64,000 nt of DNA, taken from the NCBI GenBank assembly GCA_030141605.1, contig JAQGDQ010000224.1, forward strand, positions 62,001 to 126,000, read 5' to 3'. Numbering within the stretch: the stretch's first letter is position 1; every line of letters starts with the position of its first letter. The notes under the pieces were generated by a model. That model did not search any database, had not been told where the DNA came from, and saw only the letters and a program-made list of their open reading frames with translations. This document shows positions 23,201-38,200 of this stretch, one piece after another. The stretch is from Tubiluchus corallicola. Taxonomy: Eukaryota; Animalia; Priapulida. Both the position numbers and the translations under genes were made by a program.

Positions 23201-26200
23201 TTATAGTCAAGCAGTGCATTACTGACTTGCTAGAACTGGTAGAAACTAACTGAGTTATAGTCAAGCAGTGCGTTACTGACTTGCTAGAACTGGTAGAAAC
23301 TAACTGAGTTATAGTCAAGCAGTGCGTTACTGACTTGCTAGAACTGATAGAAACTAACTGAGTTATAGTCAAGCAGTGCGTTACTGACTTGCTAGAACTG
23401 ATAGAAACTAACTGAGTTATAGTCAAGCAGTGCGTTACTGACTTGCTAGAACTGATAGAAACTAATTGAGTTATAGTCAAGCAGTGCGTTACTGACTTGC
23501 TAGAACTGATAGAAACTAACTGAGTTATAGTCAAGCAGTGTGTTACTGACTTGCTAGAACTGATAGAAACTAACTTTGCCAACTTCTCTCATTTGAATTC
23601 AGCTGTGGGAAGGAGTTTACAATTCTCTACACAATTTAAATGCCCTAATCTTAGCTCTAACCCTGTCCTTAACTCTAATCCAACCCTAACCCATACCCTC
23701 ATCTTAATTCTAATCTTAACCCTAATCCTAATCTGCTGCTGGAACAAATTTCTTGTGTAAGGGGAATTGTAAAATTTAGCCCAGTTGTGTATTAATCGGT
23801 GTATGTTAAATTGTTATGTATTGCAGGATATGTGTGGCTGAAACTGTCATTAATATCGTTGTATCAATGGCACAGTCACAGTTTATTACATCATCAGATC
23901 AGTCAGTGGTTATCTGGAATGCTTATCAGTTGTATAAGCTGCTGACAAATGTAAGGTAAATATTAAATTTAATATTTTATGTTACGTTATTAGAACAATA
24001 GACTTACATTGAAAACCATTGTCAAGACCACTATTTCGAGTCGCCATGTATACATAGCTCACAGGGTATCCTACTGCATTACTGTCATATTCCAAATAGA
24101 AATTTTCTTGAATATTTGAGTGAAACAATTGTTTCAAACTTGATTAAGTTTTAGACAGACAAACACAGGTGCTAGCAAAAGGGAAATTTTGGCTTAAAGG
24201 CGGCACTGTGGTATTAAATTTTCATAAACATTCCTGTCTAACAATGGCAATACACTGGATATTATATCATCATCTCAGGCAAGAGAATACCTGAGAGCTC
24301 TTCTAGAATTGTAAATGTAAGTTCGAATACAGCAAAATATGTTTTTTAAGTTTTTGCAGGTTTCTTGATGCTATTCGTATATTCTTAATACTTCAGTACA
24401 TCAGTAGTCGTGCTTGACTTTCAAAGAGAACAACTTTCTTGTATGATTTGTGTAACTGTCTTTGTCATTGCTAAAAGTGCTTAAGCATTTCTAAAGACAA
24501 TTAAGCATTGCAATGTCTGATGTAATCAATACTTGCATTTGATAATGGTGTTCTTATTTTGCATTTTTTTTCAAGAAAAAACAAAAACAAGTGAAACAAC
24601 CTAAAAATTTGTTGTATTTTTCTCTTCTCACTAATTTGATGTCCTTTCGTGTTTTCCGTTGTAGCCACAGAACTGATTTTGTACAATTGTTGAACAGTCC
24701 ACATTATCCGAATAGGCTTGTGTTATTGTGCGAAGATTATGCTGTACGTTTGGTTTCCCCTCAGACTGGTGATATAATTACGACTCTACTATTAGACTCA
24801 ACTGTCGGGTTACAAGAGTGTGCACACCTTATTACCAAAGGTGGATCTAAGTTTTAATTTTATTTATAATTTAAATAAATCTACTTATTTTTACTAATTC
24901 TGTAGAAAGATTATTTTTATTGATTTTCTCCCTTAGTATTTGTTCATTTATTTTATTTTATTTCATTTATTACACAATCCATATTCATAATACGCATGCA
25001 ATCTCCTTACATCAGACAGAGGATCTCGTTTTCTGTTTTTTGATGGCAAGTTTTATGAGTCATGCCACATGCCTTTGTTTTGCAAAATTCTTTCCTTTGG
25101 AAAAACAAGAATGGAGTCATGTAAAAAGATTGGATAACTAGCCGAATGATGATGACAAAGGTGAGATAATTAAAACGGGGTGACGATGATGATGGCGTCA
25201 ATGATAATGATAATGCCATTCTTTTTTAAAACAGCCGACTTCTATCATACGTCGTTTGAAGCTTTGCAGGTTTTTTATTCTGTTATTTTTGAAAATGCAT
25301 CTATTGTAAAAGTCATTTTGTGATCTTGTGCCGGAATCCAGCTTTTAAGAACAGGATGTACTCAATGTGATTGTTTATGATGAGACCAGAACCTGGTTTA
25401 TTGCACCTCTAAATTGAGACATTAAATCAACAAAGCTACCTTAACCATGTACGAATCAGAATGCGCTTCTTCGACAAAACTCCCCAGAACAACAAGACCG
25501 GCTCTCCCACTAGGCAATCTAGGCAGTTGCTTAGGGCGCCAAATTCCGGAAGTACTTCTTTATATTTAAATTTTGTATAAATAATTAGTTTAGTATATGT
25601 GTAATTCGTTAAGTGCACAATGAACTAGTTGCATTATTTTCCTGTCGAAAGTAATGATTTATCGATACCAGAAAGTGTTTTTCCATAGCAAAACATTCTA
25701 TTCTTGCTTTATCTGGTTTCCTAAGATTACGTCATTTCTGACATTACGTCACTCGGACATTACTGGCATATTACTCAAAACAGTTGCAGTTTCTATATAA
25801 GTACATATAGAATGACTCTTCATTAATAAAAAAATCTTCTATTTTTCTAAGCTTTTGTCTAATTACGGCAGAGCAGATAACACTATAAGAATCGAAGTCT
25901 TTAGAATGAAAGGCAGGCAACGAAAGGCAAAAAAAAGCTACTGAGTCATATAGAGTACAATGGTGTCATAAACCAAAATTCAATTTCAAGCAATTATAAA
26001 TGCAATTTCAAATTCAGTCAGCAGAAGCTGTAGATAGGTAAGTAACTTAAGTACACATGCATGCGTGGTGGCGACCCTGGGGGAAGAGGTTGACCGGCGA
26101 AGAGAGGGTGTTAAAAACATTTTTGGCTAGGGCGTCAAACTATCTATTGAGTATTCACTGACCAACCTCGATGGTATTCTTAAAGCAAAACTAGGACCAA

Positions 26201-29200
26201 TGTTAAACTGTAGGTCAAAACAATCTACTCTTTAAAATATTGAAAGGAAGCATTGTCAAAAATGACTTGCATGAAAGAAATATTATCACACAAACAGTTT
26301 CATGTTCGCGCCACTAGTTCTTCGCTGTTACATGCATTTCGCCATTCATCATTAGACGGGCACTAGTGCCTGCATTTCGGAACGCCTTGCCCAAAAGCAG
26401 GTGCTGCACCTCTCTGTTCAGATGTGTTAGTTTCTGATGAACAACACACGTTTGACAGCTCATGCATGAACACAGTGGTAAATTTGAAATTTGAATTCTT
26501 ATCTTAATTTGCCGCCGAGTTTTAGTACAACACACTGAATATGTACACTTTACAGTAGTGCTGTACCTTCATTTTCGCTTTCTCAAACATGTGCAACATG
26601 CTCATGGAATGTCTTTGATGTTGAAAATTATGTTAGTTTGTGATGTCATCAGTAGTTGGGCTCACCTGCCATTAGTTAAGTTTTTAATCTATTCTTTAAT
26701 AATCAGAAGCTCTTTTACAATATTAATTGTGTTAAAATGTATACTTTTTATCGTACTTGAAAATGGGGTAGTATACGAAAAATCGTCCAGTCTTCCTTTA
26801 GCTTCAGTCATCAAGCACACACTGTGACCACTCCACTGTTCACGGGTTTTGAGAATGTTAGCATTCATTACCATGATGTTTTTTATCCTGTCTATTTTAG
26901 CATGGAGGTGTCCAACTATGCTTTCTAATAGGCATTACTCCTTTATTTGTAGAACTGCTCTTCGTACTCTTGGACGACGGTGCTATTGTACAAGCCAGTA
27001 GCGCAACGAATCCATGTAACATCCGTCACAAATGGTACTGTCCCGCTGATGGTAAGAACTAAATTGCTTTTTCGTGATTCTGATTTCTTAAATCTGTGTT
27101 TATTTGTAGTGTTTAGCTATGCATTAGAGTTCTGACTCTAAGGAGCATCCAGAGATGTGAAAGGAATTCCCTGGGGAAAGTCAACAAAAATGTCTTGAAA
27201 AAACGGGAACATTAAAGTTTTCTGGCCTGGCAACTATTAAGATTTAAACCCAATTCAAAACTTGTAGTTGACTGTCAAGTTGTGCCTGTGAAAGACCAAC
27301 TGTACCGCCAGGCAGAAGTTGATAGATGTCATCATCCTGATGTGTTACCATGAAGGTCAGGTTTCTGTAAACTGCCAAATATGGTGGATTCTCTGATGAA
27401 ATGATTTGAGAAAGTGACAAATACTCACAGAGCCACATTATATACTGAAAATTACGAGAGTGATTAAAATGAGTGTTTTGAATTATAAGAAAAATGTGTG
27501 TATTCATTCATTTTTATGCATTCGTGCAACTAATTTGGACGAGAGTATAGTAATGTTTATTTCATGTTTGTTTTACAGATAAATACAGTTGTGTTACTGG
27601 TTATGAGTATAGGATATTGGGGCAGCCCAGAGAAGCTGATCTACCATATTTTACTTTCTTAGATTATGACATTCCTACTCTATTGCTAGCTGGAAGGAAA
27701 TCTGGCGACGTTGCAACACTCATGCCCGGCAGCGGTGTAATTAAATTCACAATCCAGGTTTATGATTTTTACGTAATGTTTGACCATCTGTTTGTCTGTC
27801 TGTGCGATAGTCACACGTGTTTAGTGACGTTGATATAATTTTGTACTGGTGGCCAACGAGATAAGTTTGTTATTAAAGTGCTCAGTGTTAATATAATGTT
27901 TTATTTTGGCTGTGTACTCATCAGTTTTTCTGACAAACAAACATGAAGCAGTAGTATATGTGATTTTATTCTGTAAATTGTACCACTTGAGTCTTGAATG
28001 CACAAGCTATATATGATTAGGCAATCTGCTTGATTGGCGGTGGAATCATTAGAAACCATGGATTTTGATTTTAAACACTGAACTGCATGAAAATAAACAC
28101 ATTCCGATTTAGTGATACAAAAATGCTAATATTTTTGCATTGTATTTTTGTTGATTAAAACTACTAAGTTTAAGTTACAATGTATTAGTTGTGGAGTGAA
28201 AGAATTTGTTATGCACAAGTTATTCACTTAGCTATAGCAAAGCAATTACCTGTTTGTTTATCGTTTTGAGAAAGAAAATTGCTACTCAAATGAGAATAGC
28301 TGGAAAAAGATGGTTCTCTCTTCATGCAACATAGCTGTCAGAAAACTGTGGCATCTCGGAACATGTAGATATATACTATCATTTGTAGATGATATTTTGC
28401 CTCCTCGTAAACAGTTCCAGAAGCGATTTACTAAGTAATAGTAAATCGATTTACTTAAATAATAGTAATCACCTTATTCGTTATTTTGCTCAGCAAGCTC
28501 AGTATTGTTCCACTTCTATTGTGGAATATAATTTAGTGTCAATCTCTAACCAATACGGAATTGATCGTTCTTCCAATGAGTTTAGATCAAAGGTACTACG
28601 TCTCATTACTGATAAAATGCTTAATATCTCTGCCAATCAGCTGGCAGTTGTTACATTCATAAAGGAAATTTTATAGACAAGAAGCCAATTATTTTTATTT
28701 CTTTAGGAAGTCTCAATTATATGAAGTATTAAATTATTTGACCATTTGCTGAGACAGTAATTATAAGACAAATTGTTGCAATGGTTTTTTTATTATTATT
28801 TTTTACTCTGCTTTAACAAATAACAAACCGTTTTTCCTTTAGTATGTACAGCTTGAACTAACTTATATCATAATTCTTATCATGTGTTGTTTTTTTTTTG
28901 GTATTTGTTGTACCGTATAAGAGTACGAATAAATGGTATAAATAAATAAATAATGGACTATATTTACTAGCATGATTTTCAGGCTCATGACGGAAGAGTG
29001 ACTGGAATTGTTTCAAACGCTGATGCAGATCAAATCTTAACAATTGGAGAAGGTAATATGCGAGCTCACCATAATTGTTGCATATATGCTTAAGTGAGAG
29101 TCCAAACCTTTTGAAAAGTTACGCTTATTTCAATGTTCGCAAAAAATGTTAGAAGGATTTAGTAATAAAAATGCAATAAGTGCCTCGTGTAGTTTGTAAA

Positions 29201-32200
29201 ATCACTTTAAATTCGTGATCACTTCTTGCTTGGACGCTCCTGTTTTCAATGCCCATTCTGTTTCCAATGACACCATTCGTTGTGAAGAAAAGTTCCGCAC
29301 TGTCGATCTTTGTCAAAAGTATAATAAGTTTTTACAAAAAAATTAAATAGCTAATTTTGTAATATTTTTGCGTGAACATTAGGTAAGCTGCAGAAGGTTG
29401 AACTAGTTTATGCAATGCTTCTTTACATAAAAGTCATGATGTCTCCCATTTACGTCATAATTTTCAAGTATTATGCAACCACCACGCCTGAAAATTTTTA
29501 TTCAGAGGTAGTATATTTTAAATTTATGCTGCATAGGTAGTTCTTTGCAAATTTCTTTGTTATATTTTTCTAAGTTTAAGAGATAACAGTAAAATGAACC
29601 CAATATGCTGTGTGACTTGTTCTTTCCTTTAATTAAAAAATAATTTAGATATCCCGAAAGTGCATTAGAGCATCAGTATTCTTCCTTTAATTTCAGAGGC
29701 ACCTGTTTGACCTCTTATTGGTTAATGTCAAGGTGTAAATTGTTTAAACATCTCCAGTAATCTTTTATTGAAACTATTACATGATAATTGATATATTAGT
29801 AAAAAAGGTGGAAGCAAAATGGTTAAGTATGACAAACCAGCTCTGCAATTTCTTTCGTTAGAACCAAGTTTATTTTGATAAGTTAAATTCTAATCTGTTG
29901 TTTTGTAGTTCAGTTTGTGCCTTTGTATCAATATTATATTATTTATGGCTTTATTTATAGTTTGATAATGGCTATAGTAACTAAAACGATCATCGCTCAA
30001 TAAACATGGTGGTTCCTAGAAGCTGGTTCTTTCGTATATTCCTATTTGTTAATACATTTTGTCATTTAGATATGTTGATAAAGACATGGAGAGTTTACAT
30101 GTTTGCAGAGGAAATGCTGTCATTGGTTCAAATCATCTCCTGTGTACATCAACCGATAAACGTGGCATATCTTTTTAGACTGACCGCTGTTGCTTTTAAT
30201 GATCATGAAGGAGCAAATTTTTCTCTCTGTTTATATGATGTACAGAGTTCAGGTTTGTGTGAGTTGTCTTACAATCAGTGCTTAAAGTGTATTTAGGTTT
30301 GTGTGAGTTGTCTTACAATCAGTGCTTAAAGTGTATTCAGGTTTATATGAGTTGTTTTACAATCAGTGCTTAAAGTGTATTCAGGTTTATATGAGTTGTT
30401 TTACAATCAGTGCTTAAAGTGTATTCAGGTTTATATGAGTTGTTTTACAATCAGTGCTTAAAGTGTATTCAGGTTTATATGAGTTGTTTTACAATCAGTG
30501 CTTAAAGTGTATTCAGGTTTATATGAGTTGTCTTACAATCAGTGCTTAAAGTGTATTCAGGTTTGTATGAGTTGTCTTACGATCAGTGCTTAAAGTGTAT
30601 TCAGGTTTGTATGAGTTGTCTTACAATCAGTGCTTAAAGTGTGTTCAGGTTTGTATGAGTTGTCTTACAATCAGTGCTTAAAGTGTATTTATTTAGGTAT
30701 TTATCTCATGGCGTACAGAACAAGAAACAGCTAGGAGGTCTGGGAGAGCACTAAAAGCAGCCCTGGTAGGGTTTGGAACTCATATTTTCCTTGATTTTAG
30801 GCTTTTGGGTCAAAAACTTCAGTTTAGCAAGCAATTTTTCAACCGTTTTTTGCCGTTAAAAATACAAAATTTAGGTATTAATTTAAAAACAACAATAGCT
30901 TTTTAATCAGTGAATTAAGAAGTTTTCATCCACTACATTTTGTACTTTACCCGCTATGAGTCTTGGCCAATTCAAACCATTTAACTGCGAGGAATCACTG
31001 AGCAAAAAAATGTACAGCAAGGTGCACTAACTCCAATTTACATGTTGAAATACTTCTGCCAAAGACAATCACGCTGCTCACGCCAACTGATTATAGCTAA
31101 ATTTTGCTACACCTAACTACACCAAATCTAAAGTAAAAAAAGTTACTAGGCGATAAATTGAGTTTGCTCATTATTTTTGTGCCCCAATTTCTTAAGAAAC
31201 ATTTTTCTTTTTTCCTGAAAAGTTGCAACTACAACGAGGTACCCATTGTTATCGTCTACAGTTCAATTTTATTGACCGGAAAACCGAAATTGTGCTACTA
31301 ACATGTGTTACAGATAGGCTTATAGATAATTAAATGGTAATAAAACTAAATATGTGACCCGGTGAGACATTTTTTTAGGTGCAGGATCTGTACCTTTAGG
31401 TTCCGGGTCTTCGACCCTGACAGATCCAGTGTACAATAAATACTCACTTTATTACACTAATGTTTCTAGCAAAATGTGACTTTAAATACGTCATCGTTAA
31501 ACGAAATCTGTGCCGTCTATAAAATGCACTGTAAAGGTATCGACATTTTTCCAGGGATAAATTATAAAAGTCGATGTTTCTCAGTTCATATAAACCCAAT
31601 ATTTTGTGAGTTTCATTCCTTGGAATTATTTATTATTGTTTACTAAGCTGTTAACTAAGATGGTCAGTGCCAGCTCATGTATAGGCACTGCAGAACTGTA
31701 ATGCCCCCTATTTTCATTTGATATTATCGACAACATTCAGTATAATGAGTCTTTTTCTTTGAATTCTTTCTTTATCCTTGTAAATCCTTGTACGGAACCA
31801 GAGCACGTGACGGAACTGTGCACTTCACAGCTTCAGCACTGGGCACGTCAGAGTTCCAGCGACGCAGAATTTCTCTGTTGTGCGCATGCGGCCATGTCTG
31901 AGATAAGAAGCTGCATGCTAGATGGAGAGAGCACTCACTCATACAGTGCCTAGTAGTATTTTTTTTACTGTTGTAGTTAAAAACAGTGTACTGTTTACTT
32001 CAGCTCTTTATCATATTCTTGAATGTGATAAAGTGTAGAATTAGATCATTATCATGCTTCCGCCTATTCTATTTAATTCATAGCTTCTTTTGGTTATTTT
32101 ATTTTACAGAAAGTTTAATTAATTTAATCATGGTGTCCTTGCATCCTCGTACAAGACTGTGCAATATTCGTTTTACACAATATTAAAACAATGGCTAATA

Positions 32201-35200
32201 TTAAAACAATGGTTAAACATTCAGCTACGAGCCACCATTGAAGGTGGTAAAAAGTAACTGCTTATCATAACGATGTTGCGGTTATAATTAAGTCTTTTTC
32301 TGTCATTAAACAGTCTTAAAATCCATTTCTAAAGCCTATACTACATCAAAGGTTCCAGCATTCAGTGTCCAGTGTCTATAGCATTCACCGGGTGACACAA
32401 CACAGCGTCTGGCATTCGATTGCCATGTTGTTCGCAGGAATACGAAATGGACCATAAACAAATTCAGTTATGCAACGTTTTCTTTTCCTTGATGCTTATT
32501 CAGAAAAAAATTTGCAAGTACAGCATTGGCCGGTTTAACAACAGGTACTGAATGCTGAATGTCACGCCCTTAAATATTAGAAACAGTTTCTATTTTCCAG
32601 CATCTGGTTTATAGTTTCCGCTGCAAAAACCTCTGGTTTCATTTCTCATTGACAATATACACGTTTTAGTTCTTGCTTCTAGATTTTGAGCATGGATGCT
32701 TCCAAACGCCGAATATCATGGTGTATTGTAAGCTTAATATGGATTTTTTTCCACTAATAGGGGTTTATAGTAATGTTTTTCTGTGAAAGCAAATGCATCT
32801 ATCAACCCCACATATACGTGGCAACAGTTTCTTAGTTTCAAAGCAAAATCATGTAATAAATGATATCTCATGCCCCGTTGAACAGTAAATGTAGTATCAT
32901 TAACTCAGTGTACTATGCAGTTTTGAAATTTGTTGAATTCCAGTTTTTAAATGTAGAAATACTTCTTAAAGAGTAAAGGCGAATTCACATTTTTCAGTAC
33001 GATACGATCATGCTTCTACAATGGATCATACTGCTGATATCATAGCCATTTGTTGCTGCGAAAGACTGGACATTGTAGCTACTGCAAGTCTAGATGAAAC
33101 TATTCGCATTTGGACAAATGACTGTGTGTTACTGAGGTGCTTGTTTTACTTTAGATCGTTTAGGTTTGATTGAAGCATAATTGATTTTCAATAATTGACT
33201 TTCACGTACGATTTTGATCCATATTTTCAATAGTCGAACATAGATTTGTCATGAAAAATGCATATTTTTAATGTCCTGTGGCATATGTCATGTTGCATAT
33301 GGTTTCATTATAGAATGTTGGTTTTGAAGGAGACGCCAACTTGCTTAGCGTTCCGTAATGATCACGGAGATCTAGTTGTTGGTATCGGACAGTTTCTTTA
33401 TACAATCCCGCATTCAGAATGTAAGTATAGTGTAATATATCTGCTTCCGATGTTTTGTGAAAAATGACTAACGCAAGAAAACACTCGAATTAAAACTAAA
33501 AATCGAAAAATAAATGAACTTGAGTGCAGTCAATTATAGCGTTATAGTGCTATATATAGCTGATAAGTTTAGTTGTTGCTAGGACTTCAGTGCACATTTA
33601 TGTAAATCCATGTGTTTGGCAGCTCAGTCAATTACGGGCATTTTGGTGATTAGATATTGTACCCGCTATGTGTACAATACCTGCAATGTTTTTACTGTAA
33701 GATGTGTTTGCATTAATGTAGATTTGCCGGAAGATATGTGCACTGACCTCACAATACCTTATGATGGAGAGAAATTACTGGAAAGCAAACCCATACCTCT
33801 ATTGCCTGATTTAGATGCTTCTACAATGAAACGCCTTGCCGTGCGGCATTCATTCATCACTCGGTACGACTTGTAATCAAACAGTCACAACCTGATATTG
33901 ACTCACATGTATTTGAGCACAAAATAATCTACCCACCAGAGCCTGCTGTGTAGATCAAATGTATTGATTGTCTACGAGACGTCTGATGCTAACGTCTCTT
34001 GTACAAGTAGTCTAATGAGTGATTGTGTGTTAAAAGGTTAATAAGCTTGAATCTACTTTAGGAAATTTATATTCTCTTTGAAGGGTGAAAAAATGTGTGA
34101 ATTCTAAATTATAATTATATTAAAATTAAAATTAAATTAATAATAATAATTCAAGGGATGTGACCATTTTTATGACAATTTGTTTTGTTAAGGGTGAGTT
34201 TCTCTAAGTTAAATAAGCATTTAAACAGCCATGGCTGTAGGGATTTGATAGGTTATGTTGGTCTTAAAAATTGTATCACTGGTTATCAAGTGAAAAATAT
34301 TAAGCATTTTTTGATGGATTTACATTTTGCATGTTGCTTGAAGATCGACTAACAAACCTATACCAAACACACACTTTGTTGTTGGAAAAGCGTAATAAGT
34401 ACTACCTTTTAATCAAATAACTAAACTAAACTAACTAAAACTTTCAGTTTTTCTTTCTGGTAGTCCTTTACTAAGTTATGACAGAACATTATCACAATTG
34501 ACCTGGTACAACAATATATTGGCTCATCTAACTAAGCGCTTCAATTATTTTAATTAACACTTGGAATGTATATTTTGTGATGGACTTGTTTTTCCTGCCA
34601 AACAGCACTACTATAAAATCTTACAACTTGGTGCAACCCAATCACTTGTCTATATTTGGCGGCTGTTATTTCAATAAATCGCTTTAAAAAAATGTTTACC
34701 ATTGTCGTTTTGTATAGCTGTTGATTTTTCAGTATTCTGTTTACTTTAAAGGTACTTGGAATTTGAGGATAAACTTACGCAAGAGGAAAAAGCAGAACTT
34801 GCAAAAGAGAAGCAATGCAAAGCTGATGTAATCTCTAATTATTGATTTAATTATTGTTGGTTAGTTAATTAATTTTGAGTGCCAATGCTGTTCATAGCTT
34901 CGTTGTATCTGTATTCTTGCTATACAGTAGCTTTACTTGGTTTAAACTGTATTTATTAGTACACAGAAAATTGAAACAGTACATACATGAGCAGTTTAAA
35001 TCAATTAACGGCATTAAGTGATTGGCTAACAGGTCTATAAAGAAATAACCTATATAAAAGTGTCTCGCGTGAAGATAGTCACAGTGTTAAAAATCATTGA
35101 GAAATATGTTTCTGTTGGAAAGGCATAATTCTTCTTTTAGCAATTTTTTTTCACTATTGCTAACAGGCCAAAAATTGATTCACATATGTTTAGGAAGTTC

Positions 35201-38200
35201 TCTTGCATGTTTTCCCTTAGGTGTGTGTTATTTATAATGGATGTCATGGCTTTCTTTAGCAATACATATATGTGTGCGTGCGGGCGTGCATGCGTGTGTG
35301 TGTGTACTATCTTTATTCGCATATTGCCACACATGTGCACTCACAAATAAATGCAAATAATACAATAATATTACAATTGATAATACAATAAAATGGGTTA
35401 ATATATATAAATAATTAATTAGTTGACAATGTTAGTAATGTATTTTTAATTTCATTGAGGGTGAAACCGGGAATTTCTATTTCTTTTAATGTTGACCAAG
35501 AATACATTACCATTGTTAAACGTTGATGCTTCATTTTAATGTGATGTCCTTTGCTTTTTTATTTTTCTTGATGATATCTTAAATCTGATACATTCAATGT
35601 TAACGAACACATGTTCTGGAGAAATGGAAAAATAAATCGTATTGTATCAGCACTCAATGTTGTTTTAGTAAAATAACAGTTGGTGCAGCATTGTTAACTG
35701 CTGTGGCATTGTTGTTGACTTTGTTAGAGAGTCTGTTATTATTTCATAATATAGTAAAACTTGGTATATCAGACAAACGATCATTTTCTTTTAAGTCGTA
35801 ATTGTGTTCCTCTGATTTGTAGAAAAGTAATAAGTTTTTGTGTGGAAAGTTACTTCAGTATAAGATATTACTGGAGCTACGATCCGTATCTGCTTGGAAG
35901 ACCATGTATATTTATTCAAGCAGATCATTTCTTAAAAAAACCAGTAAAATGCAACTGAAGTTTCTGGCTTTTTTCCTGTCAAAATTGCAGTATGTTACAT
36001 TTAATTACTGTTCATTCATTGGTTCTTTGTTTGTGTCATTTAAAAGAAGACAGGATGATTTTTCATATACTACCCCATTTTTAAATCCGATAAAATTTAT
36101 ACATTTTAACACAATTAATACTGGTAAAGCGTTCCTGGTACTTAAATTATGGATTAAAAACTAAATTAATTATACAATTTTCAATAGCAAAAATATTCCA
36201 CAAGCGTGTTGCATGTGTTTACGAAAGCGAAAATTGAAGCACAGTGCTACTGCAAGATTTTCAATGTGTTGTACTAAAACTAGGCAAGTTTTAAGATAAA
36301 AAGATTTACAGCTGTGCTTACGCATGAGCTGTCGAATGTACACAGTTCATCACATACTAACACATCTGAACTCAGAGGAACAGCACCTGTCTTTGTGCAA
36401 TGCGTTTCTGAAATGCAAGGTGCTACTGCCCATCTTACATGGCAAAATGCATGTAATAGCAAAGAACTAGTGGCGCGAATGCGAAATTGTGTTTGTGTGA
36501 TAATAATTCTTTCACGTAAGTCATTTTTGACAATGCTTCCTTTCAATATTTTAAGGAGTAGACTGTTTTGACCTACAGTTTAAGATTTTGTCCAGTTTTG
36601 CTTTAAAACATTTTAATCTTCTTATGTCCCAATTGAATTTAAAGCTCTGACCACCCAAGCTTGTTACGTTCTTACTAGATGTGGTCAGCACGTTTAGCTC
36701 AAGAAGAGGAAATCATGAGAATCCGAGACGGAACCCTCCCGAGTCATTCGCTGGCAAAGAAACGGAAACTGAGAATAACTACGGCCACTAGCTGTGAAGC
36801 TTTCAACAATTACATGGAAGATATGTATCAGTTTCCTAAGATTGAGGTTTGTGTGTTGTAAATTGTGTGGTGGGACCAGAACTTATAATAACATCAAGGA
36901 TAATTCTCTTAGATGAGATACTGAAGAGATGTCTGCTTGTCTGGACGCATATACATACATTTTTCCTCATTGAGATAAATAGCACGGAGGGCAGTATACA
37001 GTTTTCTAAATGGGCATCCAATCATTTCGTGACTAGATTTGATGTTACATAACTTCAGTTTCCAAGTACATACTGTAACCATTCCCACTTTGCCTCATGT
37101 CTCATTCACTTGGTTCTATTCAAGCTTGTTTGATATGCTAGTGATATGTTAGATTTCATCAGTCGAAAGTTTGCTTAAACTAAATTATGCTATGTTATGT
37201 TATGTTATGTTATGTTATGTTACGTTACGTTACGTTACATTACATTACCTTATGTTATGTTATGTTATGTTATGTTATGTTATGTTATGTTATGTTATGT
37301 TATGTTATGTTATGTTATGTTATGTTATGTTATGTTATGTTATGTTATATTATATTATATTATATTATATTATATTATATTATATTATATTATATTATAT
37401 TATATTATATTATATTATATTATATTATATTATATTGTTATGGGCAACTGATTAGATACTATAGTGTAGGCTCTGTTATCAATTTTACATTTAAAGAACC
37501 TTTTGGGAAGTCTGAAATCAAATACATTTATATCAACTTAACACTAAATTATTTTGTGTAGTTAGACACGCGTGCATGTTACATCTCACAGCTAGACCAA
37601 AGTAGCGGAAAGCGTGATTTGATTTATGGGTTTTTAGCCCTCTTTCCGTTGGATCACTTCCTTTTCGATTAGAAAGTCTGCAGATCAGATCCCAATGCAC
37701 AGCCGAGCTTTGGCGTGCAGATATTTTCTGTAAATTTTATCTTTGGTTTGATGGAACACACCCCATATTGACTATGCTCCCAAGACTTTGACTGATTGGG
37801 TATTGACCAACTTCATCTTCAGTTTTCATCTTCAAACTCTACAATCTGGTAAAGTTAGACTAGTTAATTTTTACTTGATGATCTAAAACTCCTTGTTTCT
37901 CACCACATCCTGATCCGTGTAAATGTAACAATGATTTGTGTTTTATTTTTTATGAGTGAATTTTTTGATGCTGCCACTTTCAAGGCAGACTTTATATGCC
38001 ATTTTTGAATAAGTTAAAGTGTTGTTTTGATAATATTTTTAGATGCCACCAGAACACAAAGACAAGGAAAAGAAGGAGCATAAGCGACAGGAGCCGACGA
38101 TGAAAACAGAAAGATGCACACCTTTGCCAAATTATAGATTCTTTCCTAGAGCATCCCTGGCACAACTTTGTGCTAAAACAGGTAATCAGTTTACCGATTA

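Noticed and set aside
22764-23582. CRISPR-like array or 272-aa repeat protein
   Set aside because: The units are contiguous with no unique spacers, there are no cas genes, and it lies in a eukaryotic intron. The ORF arises only because 54 is divisible by 3.
23645-23730. Interstitial telomere
   Set aside because: The repeats are short and highly degenerate, as commonly found inside DNA-transposon remnants.
30250-30689. CRISPR-like 44-bp array
   Set aside because: It is a pure tandem repeat without spacers.
37171-37561. ORFs with MLCYV/IILYY repeats
   Set aside because: They are translations of a pentanucleotide microsatellite.
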